Origin: an uncultured cyanobacterium
Lineage (GTDB): Bacteria; Cyanobacteriota; Cyanobacteriia; Phormidesmidales; Phormidesmidaceae
Direction: 5' to 3'
DNA length: 64,000 nt
Assembly: GCA_963793265.1 (NCBI GenBank)
Contig: CAWBZI010000001.1
Coordinates: forward strand, 608,001-672,000
In this document: positions 58,735 through 64,000 of the stretch, in pieces
How positions within the stretch are numbered: position 1 is the stretch's first letter
Layout of the letters: each line of letters starts with the position of its first letter
Notes under the pieces: generated by a model
Seen by the model: the letters and a program-made list of their open reading frames with translations, nothing else
Databases searched by the model: none
Told to the model about the DNA's origin: nothing
Position numbers and translations under genes: made by a program

Positions 58735-58962
58735 AGTAGAGAATCTATCAGAGGGTTATCTCTATTCTAGATATTTTTTGCTCTATGGAACTTTTTGCTT
58801 GGCTTCAAAAAGGGTACATGAATCACGAAGATTTGGTATGTGAGTTGTCACATTGTTCCTGGTTAGAGGAAAATTTTAGGTATAAGTCGATACTGCAAAA
58901 AAGATCCGTATTTATACGGATTTTTTTCTATCCTGATCTTTAATCCTCACCCACCGTCAACT

Positions 58963-59169
58963 GTGAACATCCAAGAATTTGAGAGCCAGTATCAAGAGTC
59001 CGTCAGCAAAATTCTCAACGAACTTCAGTCAATGGCGATCATCTCTAATCGCCTTGAGTCAACAATTGTAGAAGTCGGCTCATCTGTACAGAGCCTTAAT
59101 CAAATGGTCGAAGACTTTTTGAAAGAACAGCAAGACACAGAACCACCATCGGATCAAACGCTCGGATAG
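58963..59169 (+). CDS. Small coiled-coil hypothetical protein
   Basis: 68-aa heptad-pattern ORF with GTG start (FE.QY......ILN.LQ). Confidence 0.6.
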   Translation: MNIQEFESQYQESVSKILNELQSMAIISNRLESTIVEVGSSVQSLNQMVEDFLKEQQDTEPPSDQTLG

Positions 59170-59204
59170 GCCAATGTTATAAGGTGTTGCTATATAAGGT
59201 GTTG

Positions 59205-59588
59205 CTATGTAAGGGGCATTAGCTTCGCCACCGTTTCACTTAAGTCGCTAGGCAAGACAGGCTTAGTAAGATAGGCATCTGCGCCTAGCTGGTAAGCTTT
59301 TTGCTGATCTGTTGGGAGCGTGTAGCCACTGACTACCAAAATCGCGAGATGTTGCCACTGCAAGGCGGCTCGTACCTGCTCAATGATCGTAAATCCATCT
59401 ATTACTGGCATTCGTAGGTTAAGGATAAGAACGCCAGGATCGAAGTCTTGAAGACTCTCAAAAATTTTTTGCCCTTCTGAGAGGGTACGTACGCTGTAGC
59501 CGCACTGCTCTAGATAATCAGCAAACAAAACTCGATTGCCGTAATCGTTCTCTAAAATCAGGACGCGGCCTAGCGCCGGAAAAGACAT
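59205..59588 (-). CDS. Single-domain response regulator (CheY/DivK-like), atypical receiver
   Basis: Receiver-fold motifs VLILEND, LILNLRMP..DG, VVSG, GA..YLTKP; the phosphoacceptor Asp is replaced by Asn57. Confidence 0.88.
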   Translation of the reverse strand: MSFPALGRVLILENDYGNRVLFADYLEQCGYSVRTLSEGQKIFESLQDFDPGVLILNLRMPVIDGFTIIEQVRAALQWQHLAILVVSGYTLPTDQQKAYQLGADAYLTKPVLPSDLSETVAKLMPLT

Positions 59589-59750
59589 ATTTGTAGGGTG
59601 CTGGCAATGACCAGGCAGTGAATTTTCTTAAACCTTGCTTTCATTGAATGCGCTGTTGCTGATGAATTTTGATGCAACAAACGTACAGGTATACGGACAA
59701 TTAGTAAGTATACGCAGAGTGAGGCTTGAAAAGCGCGTGCTTAAGTCACA

Positions 59751-60962
59751 TCAAGCTGCTTTATTCACAGACTCTTCACCATTGATATTAGCAAATATAC
59801 CTATTTTCTCAATAGCGGTGGTAAGCACCTCTGGCGGATGAACCAGGGCAAACCGTACATAGCCTTCACCCGACTTGCCAAAGCCTCTTCCTGGCGAAAG
59901 CGCAACACCTGTCGCCGCTACTAGCGCCGTACAAAAGTCGATAGAACGCTCTGCCCAATTATTCGACAGGCCCTCAGGTAGCTTTACCCATAAGTACATC
60001 GTTGCTTTGGGGCTAGAAACATGCCAGCCTATGCCGCGCAGCGCCTTAACGGCCGCGTCTCTCCGGTTAGCAAAGGTATCTACAACATGTTTTACAACCG
60101 TTTGCGGGCCAGTAAGGGCAGCGATCGCACCTCTCAAAATCCCTCGATACTGGTTAAAGTCCACCGTCGCCTTGACCTGCCTAAGCCCTTTAATCAGCTC
60201 AGCATTACCGATGGCATAGCCCACCCGAAAACCGCCCATGTTGTAAGACTTTGACAGCGTGAAGAACTCAATCGAAACCGATTTTGTCGGATCTGCCTGA
60301 AGAATTGAAGGTACCGGATCGCCTTCAAAGTACAGATCGGCGTAGGGAAAATCGTGAACTAGAGCTATCGCCCTCTCCTGACAAAAGGCTACGGCTGCTT
60401 TAAAAAAGTCAAGCGGCGCGACAGCCGTCGTCGGATTGTGCGGATAGCTCAAAACCATCATTGTGGCTTTTTTGACAACCGCAGCCGGGATATCGGCCAG
60501 CACAGGCAGAAAGTCATTTTCAGCCAAAATTGGCATCGGATAGATTTCACCACCTGCTAAATACACTCCGCCAACGTGAGATGGGTAGCCGGGATCAAGC
60601 AGTAGCGCAATATCGCCTGGGTTCATCACCGCTAAGGGCAGGTGGGCTGTCCCCTCTTGCGAGCCAATCAGCGGCAGCACTTCAGTCTCAGGATTAACGG
60701 CGATGCCATACTTTTGCTCGTACCACTCAGCCGCCGCGACACGCATGTCTTTTGTGCTGTTGAACAGTGCGTAGCCGTGGGTTTCAGGGTCTTGAAGGGC
60801 CTGAGCAATTGCATCCAGCACATGAGGCGGCGTTGGCAAATCAGACGAGCCCAGCGACAGATCAATGATGGGTTTACCGGCAGCGATCGCCTGCGTTTTG
60901 GCCCGATCCATATCGGCAAAAACATTGGTTTGTAAAGGAGCAAGGCGGTCTGCAATTTGCAT
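59751..60962 (-). CDS. PLP-dependent class I/II aminotransferase (DapL/MtnE-like)
   Basis: PLIGSQEG, DPGYP, SYPHNPT, HDFPY, SKSYNMGGFRVG, GEGYVRFAL. Confidence 0.9.
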   Translation of the reverse strand: MQIADRLAPLQTNVFADMDRAKTQAIAAGKPIIDLSLGSSDLPTPPHVLDAIAQALQDPETHGYALFNSTKDMRVAAAEWYEQKYGIAVNPETEVLPLIGSQEGTAHLPLAVMNPGDIALLLDPGYPSHVGGVYLAGGEIYPMPILAENDFLPVLADIPAAVVKKATMMVLSYPHNPTTAVAPLDFFKAAVAFCQERAIALVHDFPYADLYFEGDPVPSILQADPTKSVSIEFFTLSKSYNMGGFRVGYAIGNAELIKGLRQVKATVDFNQYRGILRGAIAALTGPQTVVKHVVDTFANRRDAAVKALRGIGWHVSSPKATMYLWVKLPEGLSNNWAERSIDFCTALVAATGVALSPGRGFGKSGEGYVRFALVHPPEVLTTAIEKIGIFANINGEESVNKAA

Positions 60963-61078
60963 AGGTTAGACGTTAGGATTAGGCGCTAAGAGAAGACAGG
61001 TACGAAACTAAAATCCCTCACCTAAAGATTAATCCAGGCAAGGGAAATTGAGGAAGAAGGCTATAGCCTTGACAGTAA

Positions 61079-61861
61079 CTACAGGCTATCTAGCTCACTT
61101 TTCAGCGCTTCTAGCTCACTATCAACGGCGGGGTCAGCCTTTTGATTAGGGGTCACCGCAGGTTCATCACCGGGCGGCAAAGCCTCTTGCGAAGGTGCAG
61201 CACCACCGAGCATATTTGCCTTCATCGCTTCTAGCTCATAGTCCACATCGCTACCCGACTCTAGCTGTGCAAACTGACTTTCTAAATCAGCTCCGGCTAG
61301 CTCAGCGGCAGCCTGACCACTGGCCTCCATCATCATCACCTTTTCTTCCATGCGCTCAAAAGCACCCATGGCGCTACTGGTGCTGAGGCTACCGACGCTA
61401 TTTTGAAGCTGCTCATTGGCTTTGGCCGCACTGGCACGGGCTTTGAGCATGTCTTTCTTAGTCTTCGCTTCAGAAATTTTACTTTCCAAAGCAATGAGCT
61501 GACGCTTGAGCGTATCGACTGAAGACTTTTGCTGGTCAAGCTGGGTTTGCAAAGAAGTTGCTGTTTCGGCCTGAGACTTTTTACGCACGAGCGCCTCGCG
61601 GGCTAGCTCTTCGTTACCTTTTTGCAGGGCAAGCTGAGCGCGTTGCTGCCACTGAGCAGCGGCGGTTTTGGCCTTATCAGCCTGGCTCTGAGAGCGCTTT
61701 TGAGCAGCGATCGCACGGGCTACAGCCTGACGCATCTGCACCAAATCTTCCTGCATGTCGATGATGGCCTGATCCAGAATCTTTTCAGGATCTTCAGCAG
61801 AACTCACGGCTGCATTCAGGTTAGAGCGCACCACTCGGCTAACGCGATCAAACAATCCCAT
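61079..61861 (-). CDS. vipp1: Vipp1/IM30 (PspA family)
   Basis: MGLFDRVSRVVRSNLN...AEDPEKILDQA...AFERMEEKV plus C-terminal extension helix VDSELEALKSELD. Confidence 0.93.
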   Translation of the reverse strand: MGLFDRVSRVVRSNLNAAVSSAEDPEKILDQAIIDMQEDLVQMRQAVARAIAAQKRSQSQADKAKTAAAQWQQRAQLALQKGNEELAREALVRKKSQAETATSLQTQLDQQKSSVDTLKRQLIALESKISEAKTKKDMLKARASAAKANEQLQNSVGSLSTSSAMGAFERMEEKVMMMEASGQAAAELAGADLESQFAQLESGSDVDYELEAMKANMLGGAAPSQEALPPGDEPAVTPNQKADPAVDSELEALKSELDSL

Positions 61862-62042
61862 GTCGTTATATCCCTCAGTTCTTCTACGAAATGCTTACTA
61901 TCTAGTATACGCAGCCATTCTAGAATGGTGAGCCGCATTCATCAGTAAAGATAGCCGTCCTTGAACACCATCACAGGCAATGTGTTGTCGGACAGTTACT
62001 CAAAAGATACCGCACGAAACGGATGAATTCCCGATTATAAAT

Positions 62043-63146
62043 CTAATATTTCTTAAGCAGTGAGAGCGTTTTGCGAGCCGTGTCTATGGAGGGAAGTGGG
62101 GGAATGTGGGGACTTAGGGCATTAGGGGAAACGCCCGCTCGGTAGGCGGCGATCGCACCTGCTACCTCTAAATAAGTACTCAACGCAATTGTCTCTATCT
62201 GCAAATCAGCCGCACTCACTGACATCGCTGTCCTATTCTCACCAACCGCAATCACCTGCCCGCCTCGTTTTGCAAGCATAGGAGCCAAACTCATCACCGC
62301 GCTGCCGCCAAAGGCAGTAGCTGGAACCACAACGGTATCGACCTGATGAGCAGAAATCGCTTCAGGTAAGCTATCAGCAAGATCCGTAACAAACTGAGGA
62401 GCCCGGCTCAAGCCTGCTAGTACGCAGGGTAGAAACGTATAGCCCAGTTCCTCAGCCGCCGAACGCGGCGAAATATTAGGATCTAGCGGTAAAGGTAAGA
62501 GAGCAGGTGCGTGAGCACAAGGAATTTTGAAGGTGCGTACGACTAAGTGGCTGATTACCGCCTCGACTCCGGCTAGCGGATCGACGCCTCGGCCCTGACG
62601 ATAAGCCTGAAGTTCTGGTGAGCTGTCGTCATCAGGGAATCGAGCAACCACTGCGATCGCCCGCACGCTCGCTTCAGTCATTAATCTTTCTACCGCCCGC
62701 AGCAAACTCCCTGGATTTTCTAGCGTCCCCCAAGATGCGCCTGACTCGATTGTTTTTAAGGCCACGCCTAGCGGTGCATCCGTCACCACATGCGCGCGAA
62801 TGTCTAAGCCCAGGGTGGCTCTAGCAGCATCGGCGGCCTGGAGGTGGCGCGATCGCAATTCATCTTCTACCCCTCGATCAATTACCAGCCCAATCGGGTT
62901 CTGATGCACTGGCTGCAAATTCCACTTACCCGCTGCAAACTGATCGAGCCCATACCCTTCTACGTAATAGGTATTCTGCATCGGCCAATATAGCTGCGCC
63001 CCGTTCATCACATTTGGATGCGTGATTAGCCGGTCAGTCACCTGCGCTATGGTTCTTGCAACCGGCAGTGCGTCTCCAGCATAGCCGCCAATGGCCGCGC
63101 CAATCCCGGTCGGGATAATCAGCACCGTCGTGTGGGGTCGGGTCAT
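62043..63146 (-). CDS. DUF3326 domain-containing protein
   Basis: IIPTGIGAAIGGYAGDA, ITHPNVMNGA, YVEGY.LD.F, EAVISH, AAEELGYTFLPCVL.GL. Confidence 0.88.
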   Translation of the reverse strand: MTRPHTTVLIIPTGIGAAIGGYAGDALPVARTIAQVTDRLITHPNVMNGAQLYWPMQNTYYVEGYGLDQFAAGKWNLQPVHQNPIGLVIDRGVEDELRSRHLQAADAARATLGLDIRAHVVTDAPLGVALKTIESGASWGTLENPGSLLRAVERLMTEASVRAIAVVARFPDDDSSPELQAYRQGRGVDPLAGVEAVISHLVVRTFKIPCAHAPALLPLPLDPNISPRSAAEELGYTFLPCVLAGLSRAPQFVTDLADSLPEAISAHQVDTVVVPATAFGGSAVMSLAPMLAKRGGQVIAVGENRTAMSVSAADLQIETIALSTYLEVAGAIAAYRAGVSPNALSPHIPPLPSIDTARKTLSLLKKY

Positions 63147-63155
63147 TAGAGCGGA

Positions 63156-63383
63156 TTATTTTAGGGTGGTTACGACGGCTTCAACGTGGGCGGTTTTGGC
63201 GAGGGGGTTGATGCTGGTGATGGCCCAGCGCAGAGGATCGCCGTGCTGGGAAAGGAGGGTTTCTATGTGCGATCGCAGAGCGTCGGAGCGCAGCAGATTA
63301 GTACCTCTCGCAGCCTCTCGCAGCTTGCTTGGCGAGGCTAGTAAAGACACATCCAGCGTAATTAGTTTTGTCTGCATCGGCAT
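63156..63383 (-). CDS. Conserved small hypothetical protein
   Basis: LR..IE..L...GDPLRWAIT......AHVEAVV; lies between the ferredoxin and DUF3326 genes. Confidence 0.7.
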   Translation of the reverse strand: MPMQTKLITLDVSLLASPSKLREAARGTNLLRSDALRSHIETLLSQHGDPLRWAITSINPLAKTAHVEAVVTTLK

Positions 63384-63409
63384 GTTGCTTTTACTAGAAA
63401 GATGGAGCC

Positions 63410-63730
63410 CTATCCCGGCTGACCAAACTGGCGCTGATATACCTCGTCTTCTTTTTCAGTCTCTATTTTGAGATCAGACGTGGGAAAAGCAACACACAGC
63501 AGCGCATAGCCATCTGCTTGCAGCTCAGGGCTCACGCCCATACCGTCCGTTTGATCCACCGTACCTTCTAAAATCAATGCGGCGCACGTTGTACATACGC
63601 CCGCATTGCAAGAAGTCGGCAAATCAAGCCCAGCCTCTTGCGCTGCGACCAACACCGTTTGATCCTCGGCCACCTGAATGCTGTGAACCTCGCCCTGGTG
63701 GTTGATTTCAGCCGTAAACGTTTTACCCAT
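63410..63730 (-). CDS. Plant-type [2Fe-2S] ferredoxin with C-terminal extension (FdC1-like)
   Basis: PTSCNAGVCTTCA...LLCVA cysteine pattern; tail EDEVYQRQFG. Confidence 0.9.
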   Translation of the reverse strand: MGKTFTAEINHQGEVHSIQVAEDQTVLVAAQEAGLDLPTSCNAGVCTTCAALILEGTVDQTDGMGVSPELQADGYALLCVAFPTSDLKIETEKEDEVYQRQFGQPG

Positions 63731-63782
63731 GTCTTGAGTTTTCTTCGCTAAATTTTTTAGAGTCAGTTTTTCAATAGACCTT

Positions 63783-63965
63783 CTAAGAGGCTACCTGACC
63801 AGGGAAAGCGCGATCAAACTCTTCAAGCAAATCATCAATTTCTTCTAGCGCCTGATTGATATCGATGCGCAGCGTACCAATCCCTGGCTGCTCTAGCAAA
63901 CGGATTAACGACTGACGTTTAGAGCGAATAAGTTCAATTCTGGTTTGGAGTGCGGCAAATTCCAT
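63783..63965 (-). CDS. Conserved small hypothetical protein
   Basis: RIE.IR.KR.SL..LLEQP..GTLRIDINQALEEIDDLL.EF..AFP. Confidence 0.7.
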   Translation of the reverse strand: MEFAALQTRIELIRSKRQSLIRLLEQPGIGTLRIDINQALEEIDDLLEEFDRAFPGQVAS

Positions 63966-64000
63966 ATCAAACGGATCTCCGAGATGAGTTACATTTCTTT

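Larger units (their letters stand above)
1..64000. repeat. HIP1 highly iterated palindrome GCGATCGC, dispersed
   Basis: Dozens of copies throughout (e.g. 839-846, 1484-1491); a cyanobacterial hallmark. Confidence 0.95.

Noticed and set aside
1561..63471. Numerous 60-160 aa ORFs nested in or antisense to long genes
   Set aside because: Shadow ORFs expected at this GC content; each is overlapped by a well-supported gene.

Overview
Chromosomal core-genome segment of a cyanobacterium. The HIP1 octamer GCGATCGC is abundant, and psaE, psbO, ndhO, hli, vipp1 and sigF are present. Roughly 50% GC and the gene style suggest a non-heterocystous, Leptolyngbyaceae/PCC 7335-like lineage (inference). Most of the window is housekeeping: coaE, cobA-hemD, ndbA, lysC, gyrA, ppk1, mutM, cobJ, secA, tldD/E, cysC, codA, gshB, uvrC. 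No CRISPR array, tRNA, rRNA or intact transposase was seen. The most notable elements are: (1) two tandem small-RNA units sharing a 17-nt 5' motif and an identically spaced TGTCCTGA upstream box, resembling heterocyst NsiR1/DIF1; (2) an ECF sigma/RskA anti-sigma/PEP-CTERM module with two matching GAATCC-N16/17-CGTA promoters; (3) tandem psaE genes, one carrying a long basic tail; (4) a decayed toxin-antitoxin/Abi island containing a BrnA-HigA chimeric antitoxin; (5) a 160-bp MITE; (6) a candidate ~185-nt structured RNA upstream of secA; (7) small genes missed by the ORF track (hli, atpT/AtpTheta, a 55-aa exported peptide). Family assignments come from motif recognition, not database searches.
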